NCBI GenBank assembly: GCA_027451985.1
Contig: DAIDHS010000014.1
Span: 1,748 to 65,747, forward strand
Direction of reading: 5' to 3'
From: Elusimicrobiota bacterium
GTDB lineage: Bacteria; Elusimicrobiota; Elusimicrobia; UBA1565; UBA9628
Length of the DNA: 64,000 nucleotides
Part shown: positions 37,221-48,953 of the stretch, piece by piece
Position numbering within the stretch: position 1 is the stretch's first letter
Layout: each line of letters begins with the position of its first letter
Program-made: the position numbers and the translations under genes
Notes under the pieces: generated by a model
The model's input: only the letters and a program-made list of their open reading frames with translations
The model's database searches: none
Told to the model about the DNA's origin: nothing

Positions 37221-39484
37221 CGGCGCGCCCACTCTTTCTTCCACTCCTCGAACTGGGCGCGCAGCTTTTCTTCGTTGCGGGAAATCTGCTCCAAATAGTG
37301 CCGGTGCTGCTCCTCCAAGGCCTTGAGCCGCGCTTCCACGGCCTCGGCCTCGCGCTTGGCCCAGATGTCGCGCAGGGACTTCTCCATCTCGAGGTATTTG
37401 CGCTCGCGCAGGGCTTCCCGCTGGCCGGAAGACTCCTCCAGCGCCAGGCGCTGGGCCTCCCACTCCTTCTCGCGGCGCTGCAGGGTGTCCCAGGTCTTGC
37501 GGCGCGCGGCGTCTGACTCGGCGAGCTTCTCCTCCAGGGCCTTGATGCGCAGGTTGCGCTCCAAAACGTTTTCCCGCATCTGGGCGTCCAAGCGCTGCAG
37601 GTCTTCCTTCAAGCGCGCGATCTGGGCCTGCGCGTCCTGGCGCAGGCGCTCTTTCTCGCTGCCCGCCTTTTCGGCCGCGTACTGCGACTCGCGGCGGCGG
37701 CTCTCCTCCAATTGCGCGACCAGCGCCTCGTGCTTGGAGATGAGGTCCTGCTCCTTGCGGGCGTAGGCTTCCGCCAGCTCGGCCTCCGCGGTCTTTCGCT
37801 GCGCCTCGAACTCCTCCTCCATCTTGCGCGCGGACAGGGCGAAGTCCCGGCGCAGGCGGTCCTGCGCGGCCTCGTGGCCCTGCACCAATTCCTGCTCGCG
37901 CACGGCCCAGCGGCGGTCCAAATTCTTCTCCTTTAAGGCGTACTCCGCGGCCATGGACGCCTTTTTCTCCTCGAAGGCGTGCTCCAAGGCGCGGCGGCCG
38001 CTTTCCAACTCCGCGAGCCTGGCCTCGTAGTCCGCCTCCAGACCGCGGGCTTTCTCCTCGAGCTTTTTCTCCAAGGCCGCCTTCTCGCCCTGCGCGAGGC
38101 GGGCCTGCTCCTGCAGAAGCTCCACGCGCCGGCGGTTGAAGTCTTCCTCGGCCGCGCGGGTCTTGGCGACGAACTCCTCCGCCCGGTCGCGCTCGCGCGC
38201 CTCGAAGGCGGCTTCCAACTCCGCCGTTTTTTTGGCGATGAAATCGTTCTGGGCGCGGACGCGCTGGGCCTCGACGCGCGCGGCGTCCTCCAATATCCGG
38301 GAGTTGCGGTGGCGGTAGTCGGCCTCAAGCTCGTCCTTGGCGCGGGAAAGCTCCTGGGCGTTGGCCGCGCGCTGGGCTTCCAGAGCCTTTATCTTGTCCC
38401 GGTAGCGCAGCTCGATTTCGGCCCGTTCCTTGGCCAACTCCTCGTCGTAGCGGCCCAGGAAGCGCTTTTCCTTCTCTTCCCAGGAGGCCTTGAGCTCGCG
38501 CTCCTTCTGCGCCCAGCGCGCCTCGGCCTCGGCGCATTTCTTGGCGTAGTCGTCCTGGAGCTCCTGTTGGCGCTGGACCAGGATCTGATCAATCTCCTTG
38601 CTCCGCTCGGCCAGGGCGCGGGATTTCTCCGCGAACTGCTGTTCCGCGATTTCGTCCAGCTTGTCGCGGCCGGCCTTGGCCTTCTGCCACAAATTGTTCT
38701 CAAGCTCGGCCCAAGAGGACTCGAGCTCCATCTCCCGCTTGCTGTAGCGCTCGTGCAGGGACTGCTCCTTCAAGCGCATGTCCCGCAGCAGCGTCTCCTC
38801 TCTCTCCTTCAAGCGCTTCTCCATCTCGAGCGCGGCGGCGGAAATCTGTTTTTTAAGCTCCTCGTTCTCGCGCCTGAGCGCCTCGTTTTGGCGCTGTTTG
38901 TCCTCGGACTCCAGCTCCAGGCGCCTTAAGCCCGCGGCCACCTCCCGCTCGCGCCGCTCGCGCAGCTCCGCCACGGTCTTGGAATCGTCGTGGTAGCGCC
39001 GGGAAAGCTCGACCTTCTCCCGCTCGGCGCGCAGCAGCTCCGCCTGATAGCGCTCCAGGCTCTTCTTCAACTCCTCCCACTGCGCCTCCTTGTCCTTCTG
39101 CTGACCCGCCAGGCGCAGGATTTCGCCGCGCAGGCGCGCCGTCTCCTCTTCGAGCGCGGCCTGGGCCTGCTGCAGGCGGGTCTTCTCCTCCGCGCGGATT
39201 TCCAGCTTGACCGAGTTGCGCCAACTTTCCTCCTGGGCCTGGCGCGCGCGGTCCTGCTCCTCCCAGACCTTGGCCTGGTCCTGCCAGCGCTGCACCTGCG
39301 CGGTCAGGTCCGAAAGGTGGCTTTCCAGAAGGCGCCGCGCGGCGTCGTGCGACTGCGCCTCGGCCTTGGCCCGGGCGTTTTGTTCCTGCAGGTTGCGGAT
39401 GGTGGCGAGAGCTCCCCGAATGGCCAGGCGGGCGGAGTCCAGGCTGTTGATTTCGCGCAGCGCTTCTTCGTCCCAGTCGCTCAT
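37184..39484 (-). CDS. very long coiled-coil protein (E/R/A/Q/K-rich), function unknown
   Basis: 766 aa of nearly continuous heptad-like charged sequence (RAEEKTRLQQAQAALEEETARLRGE...). It ends convergently and overlaps the pilT 3' end by 37 nt. Confidence 0.5.
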   Translation of the reverse strand: MSDWDEEALREINSLDSARLAIRGALATIRNLQEQNARAKAEAQSHDAARRLLESHLSDLTAQVQRWQDQAKVWEEQDRARQAQEESWRNSVKLEIRAEEKTRLQQAQAALEEETARLRGEILRLAGQQKDKEAQWEELKKSLERYQAELLRAEREKVELSRRYHDDSKTVAELRERREREVAAGLRRLELESEDKQRQNEALRRENEELKKQISAAALEMEKRLKEREETLLRDMRLKEQSLHERYSKREMELESSWAELENNLWQKAKAGRDKLDEIAEQQFAEKSRALAERSKEIDQILVQRQQELQDDYAKKCAEAEARWAQKERELKASWEEKEKRFLGRYDEELAKERAEIELRYRDKIKALEAQRAANAQELSRAKDELEADYRHRNSRILEDAARVEAQRVRAQNDFIAKKTAELEAAFEARERDRAEEFVAKTRAAEEDFNRRRVELLQEQARLAQGEKAALEKKLEEKARGLEADYEARLAELESGRRALEHAFEEKKASMAAEYALKEKNLDRRWAVREQELVQGHEAAQDRLRRDFALSARKMEEEFEAQRKTAEAELAEAYARKEQDLISKHEALVAQLEESRRRESQYAAEKAGSEKERLRQDAQAQIARLKEDLQRLDAQMRENVLERNLRIKALEEKLAESDAARRKTWDTLQRREKEWEAQRLALEESSGQREALRERKYLEMEKSLRDIWAKREAEAVEARLKALEEQHRHYLEQISRNEEKLRAQFEEWKKEWARRQAPPGLPPAKA

Positions 39485-39561
39485 AAGGGTGGCCGACTTA
39501 AAGATAGAAGATGCATATTGCGAATTTATTAGGAAAGATTTACAATGAGGGCAGGCAAACC

Positions 39562-40464
39562 ATGAAATCGGAAACCGCCGCCCACAAAGTCGAGTTGACG
39601 CCGCTTGCTCCCGGCTTGGTCAAGGCCAAGGTCGTGCAGGGCAAGGGGCTTTTCCGCGTCGGCTCCGAAAAGCGCCACGGCGAAGCCAGCTCCGTGTTCT
39701 TTGAGTTGAACGGCCGCCGCACCTTCGACATCGGCAACGACTGCGACACCTGCCACTTCTGGTTCCGCGCCGTGGACGATCCGTCCGCCGCGCTGCAAAA
39801 GAAAGCCGCCAATCTCCCTAAGGCCATCCAGATGCCTCGTCCGGTGGACGAGGCCATGGCCAAGGAACTCGTCCCCCTCCTGGAGCTCATGGAGCGCGGC
39901 GAGTACTTCGTCTTCGAGACATCCGTCAACCTGTCCGGGCCCTACCAGTCGGAGGACGAGGGCTCGTACTTCTTCAACAGCGAGTTCATGGAGATCTGGG
40001 ACATCGAGGACCCCAAGGAAGAGGGGCTCTTGTCCGGCTGGGAGCACTACGAAAGCCAGCGGCCCCAAATCTTCCGGCACGAGGACGCCGGCATCTTGGA
40101 GAAGCAGTACGATTTCGTCATCCCCCTGATCCCCCGCGCCGCGCTCAAGGAAGAGTACGTCAAGCTCTACCAGTCCATGATCGAGGGCGGCGACCGCCCC
40201 CGCGTCCTGGTCTACGGCTTCTACCAGCGCGCGATTCCCTCCACGGTCAAGCGCGGGCAGAACAAGAACCTGCACTCCTTCTTCGGCGGCTTCGTCTTGG
40301 ACGGCCACCACAAGCTGGCCGCCTACCGCCGTTCCGGCGTGCCAGTGCCCCTGCTCGTGGTCCTCTCCCAGAAGGCCAGCAAGTATTTCCTGCTCAAGGA
40401 AGAAGGCACGGGCGTGCGCGCCAAATTCGAAGAACGCCTGGCCGTCCTGGCCGCCGCGCACTGA
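39562..40464 (+). CDS. hypothetical protein (no recognisable family)
   Basis: 300 aa from MKSETAAHK, with a moderate SD upstream. It has acidic stretches and a CDTC pair. Confidence 0.45.
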   Translation: MKSETAAHKVELTPLAPGLVKAKVVQGKGLFRVGSEKRHGEASSVFFELNGRRTFDIGNDCDTCHFWFRAVDDPSAALQKKAANLPKAIQMPRPVDEAMAKELVPLLELMERGEYFVFETSVNLSGPYQSEDEGSYFFNSEFMEIWDIEDPKEEGLLSGWEHYESQRPQIFRHEDAGILEKQYDFVIPLIPRAALKEEYVKLYQSMIEGGDRPRVLVYGFYQRAIPSTVKRGQNKNLHSFFGGFVLDGHHKLAAYRRSGVPVPLLVVLSQKASKYFLLKEEGTGVRAKFEERLAVLAAAH

Positions 40465-40519
40465 CGGTTTTTACCCTCTTTTTACTTGATTTCCCGGGAG
40501 CTCGCGCTATACTACGGGC

Positions 40520-41107
40520 ATGAGCGAACTCTCCCCCGCCTCGCCGCGATGCCCCAAATGCTTCGCCCAAGTTTCCGAAGAAGCGGCGCAGTGCCCGGCG
40601 TGTTCCTTCGACTTCTCCATCTTGGAGCAGCCGCGGGCGGCGGCCAAGCCCGCGAAAGCGCCCGCGCCCGCAAAAAAGGCCGCACAAGCCCCAGCCCGGC
40701 TCGCGATTCCTGTGCTGGCCGCGGAACCCGTTCCGGTCCTGGCGCCCCAAGCCGCCGCGACGCGCGTCATCCCCAAGCCCGCTCCCGTAAAGACGCTCCC
40801 CTTGCGCCGGCTCGCGCCGGCCCCCAAAATCGCGGCGGCGCGCAGCTTCGCCTGGACGCGCGCCGTTCTGTTTCTGGGCTTGATGGCCGTGGCTTCCTTC
40901 ATGGGCGTCGCGGGATTCCGGCTCTGGGCCGCGCCCGGCGCCTCGACTGATCTGATCATGGACGCGCCTGCCGCGGCCGCTCCCTCGGCCGCAGCCGAAG
41001 CCAATCCCTTCCCACAGCGGACGCCGGACGCCGTCCAAACTCAGGCGGCCTTGGTTTTGGCGGGGCTCTTTTCGACCCAGCTGCAGGCCATGAACCGGAC
41101 GTTCTAG
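40520..41107 (+). CDS. zinc-ribbon (CxxC..CxxC) membrane-anchored Ala/Pro-rich protein
   Basis: N-terminal CPKC...CPAC, an Ala/Pro-rich linker, and one TM helix FLGLMAVASFMGVAGF. Confidence 0.45.
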   Translation: MSELSPASPRCPKCFAQVSEEAAQCPACSFDFSILEQPRAAAKPAKAPAPAKKAAQAPARLAIPVLAAEPVPVLAPQAAATRVIPKPAPVKTLPLRRLAPAPKIAAARSFAWTRAVLFLGLMAVASFMGVAGFRLWAAPGASTDLIMDAPAAAAPSAAAEANPFPQRTPDAVQTQAALVLAGLFSTQLQAMNRTF

Positions 41108-41111
41108 GCCT

Positions 41112-42254
41112 TTAGGGCGCGGAAATCGCGCGCCCGTCCCACCGCAACGCGCCGGGATTCTGGAGCTTGATGACCAGCGGCGGGCGCTTGATGACGATGG
41201 GCTTCTCCGGCGGCGGCGGCGCGGCGGCGAGCTTGCGGATGTCCGGCAGAAGATTGTAGACGTTGTCCCCGGGGCATTCCGTCCTCTCGTAGTCCCGGTG
41301 GCCCTTGACCTCGGCGATAGCGATGCCGTAGCGCGCGTGCAGGTAGCGGATGAGCGCCACGAGCGCGGCTTCCTGGGCCGCGGTCAGGTGGTCGTTGACC
41401 GGCGGGCTGAAGTAGCCCATCATGGCGATGCCGATGTTGCCGTCGTTGTTGCCCTTGACGTGCGAGCCCACGACGTTGACCGGGCGGCCCTCGATGATGT
41501 TCCCCGCGCCGTCGATGAGGAAGTGGTAGCCGATGTCGTCCCAGCCGCGGCCGTTTTGCTGGAAATCCTGGATGAAGCGCACCTCGCGCAGGGTGTCTTT
41601 CAAGTTCATGGTCTGCGGGCCCGCGGTGTGGTGGATGGTGATGCGCCAGGGCGACGGCATGGGCACGTAAGGATTGCGCGTGGGCTTGGCGCGCCACTCC
41701 TTGCGCGTGTGGATGAGCGGCGGCAAAATGGGCTCCGGCGGGCCCGGATGGGCCGGGAGAGACTCCGCGGCTGCGGACTGGGCCTGAGCGTCGTAGACCT
41801 CGATGTCAGAGAGGAACACCGGCGCCGCGCCCTTGATGCCGCCGTCCATGATCTGGAAGCGCAGGGCCCCATCTCCCTCGGGAAGTCGGGCGCGCCCCCA
41901 AAAGCGGCCATTCTTGAAGAGGTGGATTTCCGCGGACACCCAGGGCGACCAGCTCCCGTCCGGCAGGCGCTTGGAAAACTCGTAAACCAGGTTCGCGTCG
42001 CCCTCGGTGCCCTCAAAGATCACCGTGGTCCAAGACTGCGGGAAGGCCAGGCTTCGGCCGCTGCGGTAGAGCGTCTTGGTCGCGCGGGACTTGCGCAAGG
42101 ACAGCGCCAGCGGCAGCTTGGGCGCGCCGCCGAAGGCGGCCGAGAGGGAATCCGCGCCCGAGTCGGGCGAAGCGCCGCCTAGCCGCGGCGCCAAAAGGGC
42201 CGCCAGAAGCGCCAGGGCCAGCGCGGCGCTAACGACGGCAGGCTTCTTCCACAT
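41112..42254 (-). CDS. secreted N-acetylmuramoyl-L-alanine amidase (Amidase_2/PGRP domain)
   Basis: Signal peptide present. The C-terminal domain has WRITIHHTAG...GWDDIGYHFLIDGAGNIIEGR...GSHVKGNNDGNIGIAMMG...TECPG. Confidence 0.75.
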   Translation of the reverse strand: MWKKPAVVSAALALALLAALLAPRLGGASPDSGADSLSAAFGGAPKLPLALSLRKSRATKTLYRSGRSLAFPQSWTTVIFEGTEGDANLVYEFSKRLPDGSWSPWVSAEIHLFKNGRFWGRARLPEGDGALRFQIMDGGIKGAAPVFLSDIEVYDAQAQSAAAESLPAHPGPPEPILPPLIHTRKEWRAKPTRNPYVPMPSPWRITIHHTAGPQTMNLKDTLREVRFIQDFQQNGRGWDDIGYHFLIDGAGNIIEGRPVNVVGSHVKGNNDGNIGIAMMGYFSPPVNDHLTAAQEAALVALIRYLHARYGIAIAEVKGHRDYERTECPGDNVYNLLPDIRKLAAAPPPPEKPIVIKRPPLVIKLQNPGALRWDGRAISAP

Positions 42255-43548
42255 CCTTGATTTCCTTGGGGACGTCGGTCAGGTTCACCGGCGCGCCGCG
42301 CGTGACCAGAATGTCGTCCTCGATGCGCACGCCGCCGAAGTCCAAAAAGCTCTCCGCCTTGGCGAAATTGACGCTTCCCTTATATTTGCGGCGCACCGCG
42401 GGATCCTGCAGCAGGGCCTTGATGAAGTAGACGCCGGGCTCCATGGTGACCACGAAGCCGGGTTCGAGCTTGGCCACGAAGCGCACCGGCACCTTGTTGG
42501 GGTTCTTGGCGCGGCGCTTCTTGCCGCCGGTCACGTCGTGGACGTCTAAGCCCAACATGTGCGTGAGGCCGTGGGGATAGAAAATGCGCACCGCGCCGCC
42601 CTCGACCAGTCCCGAGGTCTCTCCCTTTAAAAGCCCCAGGGACTTCAAGCCCTCGGCGATGAACCACATGGAGCGCACGTGGAGGTCCGCGGAGTTGACT
42701 CCCGCGCGGGTCATCGTGATGCAGCGCTTCTGGGTCTCCAAAACGAGGGAATAGACGTCCCGCTGCCGGGGCGTGAAGCGTCCGCTCACGGGAAAGGTCC
42801 GCGTGATGTCCGCGGCGTAGCCCTTGTTCTCGGCGCCCGCGTCGATGAGCAGCAAATCGCCGGACTTCATCCGCGCGTTGTTCCGCGAGTAATGCAGCAC
42901 TGCGGCGTTGGCGCCGGCCGCGACGATGCTGGGGTAGGCCAAGCGGCCCAAGCCCTGCTTCAAGCACTCGGCCTCGAACACGGCCTGGATTTCGTACTCG
43001 TAGAGCCCGGGCCGGGCCGCGGCCATGACCGCGCGGTGGGCCTTGGCGCTGGCCGCGTTGGCCGCGCGCATCAAGCGGATTTCCGCGGCGGTCTTGACCG
43101 CGCGCAGCTCGTCCAAGGCGTCGCGCAGCGCGGGCGCGGCGTTGGGCAGGCGCAGGTCCGCCTTGTAGCGCCGCCAGGCCTCCGGATCGGCGTAGCAGCG
43201 GCGCGCGCTTTTGCGGGCGCGCTTGAGCGCCGGGCCCAGCTCGGAGGCGTAGGCGACGTTGGCCACGCCGAAAAGGTGCCTCGCCTCCGCGGGGCCGGGG
43301 ACGTGGCCGAGCCAGACGCGGTGGTGGTTGTCGATTTTGGGGATGAACAGCGTGGATTTCCGGCGGCCCGGCTCCAAAAGCAGGTAGCAGCCGGCCTCCT
43401 CGGCCCCGGTCAAATAGAGGAAGTCGGACTTTTGCCGGAAGGGATACTCCACGTCGTGGTTGCGCGCGACGGGCACGCCCCCGGAGAGAAGGATGAGGCC
43501 GTCGGGAAGCCGCGCCATCAATGAACGCCGGATGTCTTCGTAGTGCAT
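42229..43548 (-). CDS. pepP: Xaa-Pro aminopeptidase (M24B)
   Basis: 439 aa. LYLTGAEEAGCYLLL, GYAADITRTFPVSG and HGLTHMLGLDVHD are typical of PepP. Confidence 0.85.
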   Translation of the reverse strand: MHYEDIRRSLMARLPDGLILLSGGVPVARNHDVEYPFRQKSDFLYLTGAEEAGCYLLLEPGRRKSTLFIPKIDNHHRVWLGHVPGPAEARHLFGVANVAYASELGPALKRARKSARRCYADPEAWRRYKADLRLPNAAPALRDALDELRAVKTAAEIRLMRAANAASAKAHRAVMAAARPGLYEYEIQAVFEAECLKQGLGRLAYPSIVAAGANAAVLHYSRNNARMKSGDLLLIDAGAENKGYAADITRTFPVSGRFTPRQRDVYSLVLETQKRCITMTRAGVNSADLHVRSMWFIAEGLKSLGLLKGETSGLVEGGAVRIFYPHGLTHMLGLDVHDVTGGKKRRAKNPNKVPVRFVAKLEPGFVVTMEPGVYFIKALLQDPAVRRKYKGSVNFAKAESFLDFGGVRIEDDILVTRGAPVNLTDVPKEIKDVEEACRR

Positions 43549-43691
43549 GGCGGTTATTATATATATCTACGCCTTCGCGGCGCGGCGCATAAGGGCCTTT
43601 TCGCCCCGAATCCGCATCTGAAGGGCCCAGCCCAAATTGGGCCATAAGGCTCACGCTTCGGCGACGCGCGTCCGCTATAATAAAAAGCTCG

Positions 43692-45519
43692 ATGAAAAAA
43701 ATTCTATCCGCCGCCTTGGCCGCGCTCCTTGTCGCCGCGCAGGGCGGACTCGTCCAAGCCGCGGACTTTGAAGCCCAGGCCGAGCAGACGGGCGCCGCGC
43801 TGCCCATGGCCGCGGCGCTTGTTCCCTCGGCGGCGGACTTCGCCCTTCTTCCCGAGGCGCAAGAGTTCGGCGCCCAAGACGCGGGACTGCCCGCCGCGGC
43901 GCTCCTCGAATTTTCAAAAACGGCGCTGCCGGCGCGGGTCGCGAGCGCGGCGCCAGTAAAAGCCGCGGCCGCAGTTCCGGCCGTCGCCCAAACGGCGCAA
44001 GACTTTTCGCCCGCCGCAGCGCCCGTCATCGCGGCGCAAACGCTCGAAGCGGCGCCCCGCGCCGCCAAGCCCGAAGCCGCCGCGCCCAAGGCCTCGGCCC
44101 GCGCCCGGCTCGCGCAGTCGGCCGCGTTTTTTAAAGGAAGCGCCAAGAAGGATATAATGGGAGCCGCGGAACGCCAGGACGCGTTCTGGGCGGGAGCCGC
44201 GCTCTCCCCGCAAGACGGCGTCCCCGAGGCCGGCCCGGCGCCGGCGCCCGCACAATTTGAAAAAAATCTCTCGCGCCTCAAGGCGCCCTCCGGCTCGCGC
44301 TCCGGCGCCGCCCTCGCGGCGGCGGCCGTGCCCGTGTTCGTCCCGGTCGTGATTCCCGCCAAGCTCGCCTCGCTCGCCCTGCGCTTCGCGCCCTACCTCA
44401 AGATCGGCGGCATCTTCCTGGGCGCGCACCTCGCCAACAAGTTCGTCCGCCGGACCATCGACAAGGCCGGCGCGCGCCATTCCTGGCCCGCGGACAAGAT
44501 TTCCCTCTACAAATCCGTCTCCACCATCGGCGTCTGGGGCCTGGGCGTGCTGGTCGCCCTGCCCGTGATGGGCGTGGCCTTGAACCACATCGTCGCCGCC
44601 GCGGGCGTCACCGGCGTCCTGGTCTCCATCGCCGCCGGCGACGTCATCAACAACGTCTTCGAGGCCGCGCGCGTGCTTCTGGCGCGGCCCTTTATCCCCG
44701 GCGGCCGCGTCAGCGTCGGGGGCAAGGACTACACGGTTGAGTCCATGGGCTGGCACGACCTGCTGCTGCTTGACGCCAACGGCGGGCGAACGGTCATGCC
44801 CTACACCACGCTCTCGGGCTCGGTCCTCGCCGTCGCGCCGGAGTCGGCGCCGCCCGTGCACGCGGCCCCGGGCGGCCGGGCGCCGCTCAAGATCCTCGCA
44901 GGCATCGTCGACTCCATCCGCGAGGATCTCCCCAAGGCCGGGAAAGAATCGATTCTCCGAGACTCCGCCGTTTATCTCGCCGCCGGCGCCGCGGCCTATC
45001 TGCGCTTCGCCCATCCTCTGCATTGGCTCGCCCCCGTCCTGCCCGGCTTGATGGCCATCTCCGTCGTGGCCGCGGCCGTGGTCACCGCCAAGCTCCTGCG
45101 CCCGGTCCTAGACCGCATCGGCTCGCGCTTTTCCTGGTCGGCCGAGAGGCTTATGGTCGTCCAGGGCGCGTTCCAGGCCCTGCTCTGGGGCCTGACCGGG
45201 GGCCTTGCCTTGAAGTCGCTGGGCACCTCCTGGGCGGCGCTGGGCGCCAGCGTGGGCTTCATCTCCTTGGGCGTGGGCCTGGTGACGCAGAACATCATCT
45301 CCGGATTTTGGAAATGGGTCCTGGTCCGCTTCGGCTGGGCCTTCGGCTTCAACTGCTCGCTGCGCATCGGCGAGACGATTTCGAGCAACGGCGTGCAGGG
45401 CGTGGTGAGCGACATCAACTTCTACTACATCGTGCTCACACTCCCCGACGGCAGGAAAGCCTACGTCCACTACTCCATCGCCTTTCCCTTTACCAAACTA
45501 AACCAGGAGCAAGCCCCCC

Positions 45520-45533
<14 letters not shown>
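43692..45533 (+). CDS. mechanosensitive channel, MscS family, with two tandem MscS-like core domains
   Basis: 613 aa. An Ala-rich signal/N-terminus is followed by two copies of the pore-lining helix plus beta domain ([29 protein letters not shown]... and [30 protein letters not shown]...). Confidence 0.65.
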
Positions 45534-47358
<1,825 letters not shown>

Positions 47359-47405
47359 AAAGTGGTAGCATGGGACTGCAGTCCAAATCAGCCAAGGAGG
47401 CTCCC

Positions 47406-47723
47406 ATGAACAAAACCAAGAAGCCGCTCTACGCCGCGCTCGCGGCCTGCGCCGTCGCCGCCGTTTTGGCCGGCTGCGTTTCCATCGGCCACACCTTCGA
47501 CACCTCCAAGGTCTCGGCCATCGCCTTGAACAAGACCACCCAGGCGCAAATCCAGCAGACCTTCGGCACCCCGACGCGCACCGGCACGGACGACGGCAGC
47601 CCGACCTGGACCTACCTCGACTACAAGATCAGCGTGATGGGACTGCAGCGCGCCAACGACCTCTACGTGAAATTCAATCCCGACGGCACCGTCAAGTCCT
47701 ACTCCTTCAACACCAACCAGTAG
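47406..47723 (+). CDS. lipoprotein, BamE/SmpA_OmlA-like
   Basis: Start at MNKTKKPLYAALAACAVAAVLAGC (lipobox LAGC). IALNKTTQAQIQQTFGTPT resembles the BamE motif. Confidence 0.45.
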   Translation: MNKTKKPLYAALAACAVAAVLAGCVSIGHTFDTSKVSAIALNKTTQAQIQQTFGTPTRTGTDDGSPTWTYLDYKISVMGLQRANDLYVKFNPDGTVKSYSFNTNQ

Positions 47724-47741
47724 GCGCTTGAAAGCCGCCCG

Positions 47742-48929
47742 CTAGTAGACCCAGCCGGGCACGCCGCTGGTGTCTAGCACGCCGCCCTGCGGCGGCTTGG
47801 CGCTGCCCTGGGGCGAGACCGGGATTCTCTGCTCCAGGTTGAGCTTGGGAGTCTTCGTGTTGCCGGTGGGAAGCTCGAAATTCTCCTGCCGGATGGGAGC
47901 CTTGCGCGAGGTGATGACGCTGCCGAAGCGCACCCCCAGCGTGGCGTACTGCAGGTCTTGCAGCGGCCCGGCCATGGCCCAGGCGTAGTCCAACGAGAAG
48001 TCGTGCCACTTGACGCCGAAGCCCAGGGTCAAGCCCAGCGTGTCGCGGTGGAGCTGGTAGCCCACGCGGGCCGCGAAGCCCATCGGCAGCTTGCACTCCA
48101 GGCCCGTGTTGGCGTACCAGGTGCGCTCGTGCGTCATCCACTCGCCGTCCGCGGCCAGGAGCAAGGACGCCCAGTGCCCGGCCGCAAAATGGTAGGCCGC
48201 GCCGGCCCGCAGCGTGGTGGGCAAGGGGTCCGCGACCGCGATGTACTTCAAGCTCCCCCCGATGTTCAAGGCCGAGGCGCCGAAGCTGAGTCCCCAGTCC
48301 GGAATGACCCCCAAATAGCCCGCGTCCCCGGTGAAAGTCTGCGCGTGGTACTGCTGGACCAAGGTCGAGCGGATGTATTTGCCGGTCAGGCCGATGAAGT
48401 TGTTCATCTCGTGCTCGGTGGTGTCGTCGGGGCCCGAGAGAAAGCTCACCTGCCCGATGCTTTCGGCGTAGGAGAGGCCCGCGATGAGGTCCGAGCCCGC
48501 GCTCATGGAGTTGCTGCTTAAAAAGGACCCGTCGGGGTTGGTCTTGTTGACCTGGATGCTGCCGTCCTGCGAGTAGACGAGGTTGGCACCCACGCTCGCG
48601 TAGCCCGCGCCCGAGACCCCCGAGAACGAGATGGGCGCGGCGTAGGCCACGTTCTGAAGCGTGTTGCCGGCCAGGCCCGAGTAAAAGCTGCCCTGCACCT
48701 CCTGCGACTGCAGGAGGCTGATGCCCGCGGGGTTGTAGTAGAGCCCCTCCGGGTCGTCCGCCACGGCCGTAAAGGCGCCGCCCATGCCCAGGGCGCGCGC
48801 GCCCAGCGGAATCTGCAGGACCGATTCCGCGGTCACGCCGGGGTTGGCCTGGCCGAACGCCAAGCCCCCCAGCATGGGCAGGGCCAGCGCCGTCAATACA
48901 AGTCGCCGTGTTCTCATGATGTCATGCAA
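47742..48929 (-). CDS. outer-membrane beta-barrel, PorV/FadL-like (possible T9SS-type cargo shuttle)
   Basis: 395 aa with signal peptide. An N-terminal ALGMGGAFTAVADDPEGLYYNPAGISLL block is recalled from PorV/UPF0164-like barrels. It is co-directional with and immediately downstream of the CTD-bearing protease. Confidence 0.45.
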   Translation of the reverse strand: MHDIMRTRRLVLTALALPMLGGLAFGQANPGVTAESVLQIPLGARALGMGGAFTAVADDPEGLYYNPAGISLLQSQEVQGSFYSGLAGNTLQNVAYAAPISFSGVSGAGYASVGANLVYSQDGSIQVNKTNPDGSFLSSNSMSAGSDLIAGLSYAESIGQVSFLSGPDDTTEHEMNNFIGLTGKYIRSTLVQQYHAQTFTGDAGYLGVIPDWGLSFGASALNIGGSLKYIAVADPLPTTLRAGAAYHFAAGHWASLLLAADGEWMTHERTWYANTGLECKLPMGFAARVGYQLHRDTLGLTLGFGVKWHDFSLDYAWAMAGPLQDLQYATLGVRFGSVITSRKAPIRQENFELPTGNTKTPKLNLEQRIPVSPQGSAKPPQGGVLDTSGVPGWVY

Positions 48930-48953
48930 ACGCCAAACGCCGCTGTAGTCCGG

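Noticed and set aside
42380-44362. 660-aa minus-strand ORF
   Set aside because: It overlaps pepP in another frame and runs through the MscS upstream region. It is extremely Ala/Arg/Gly-rich with no motif.
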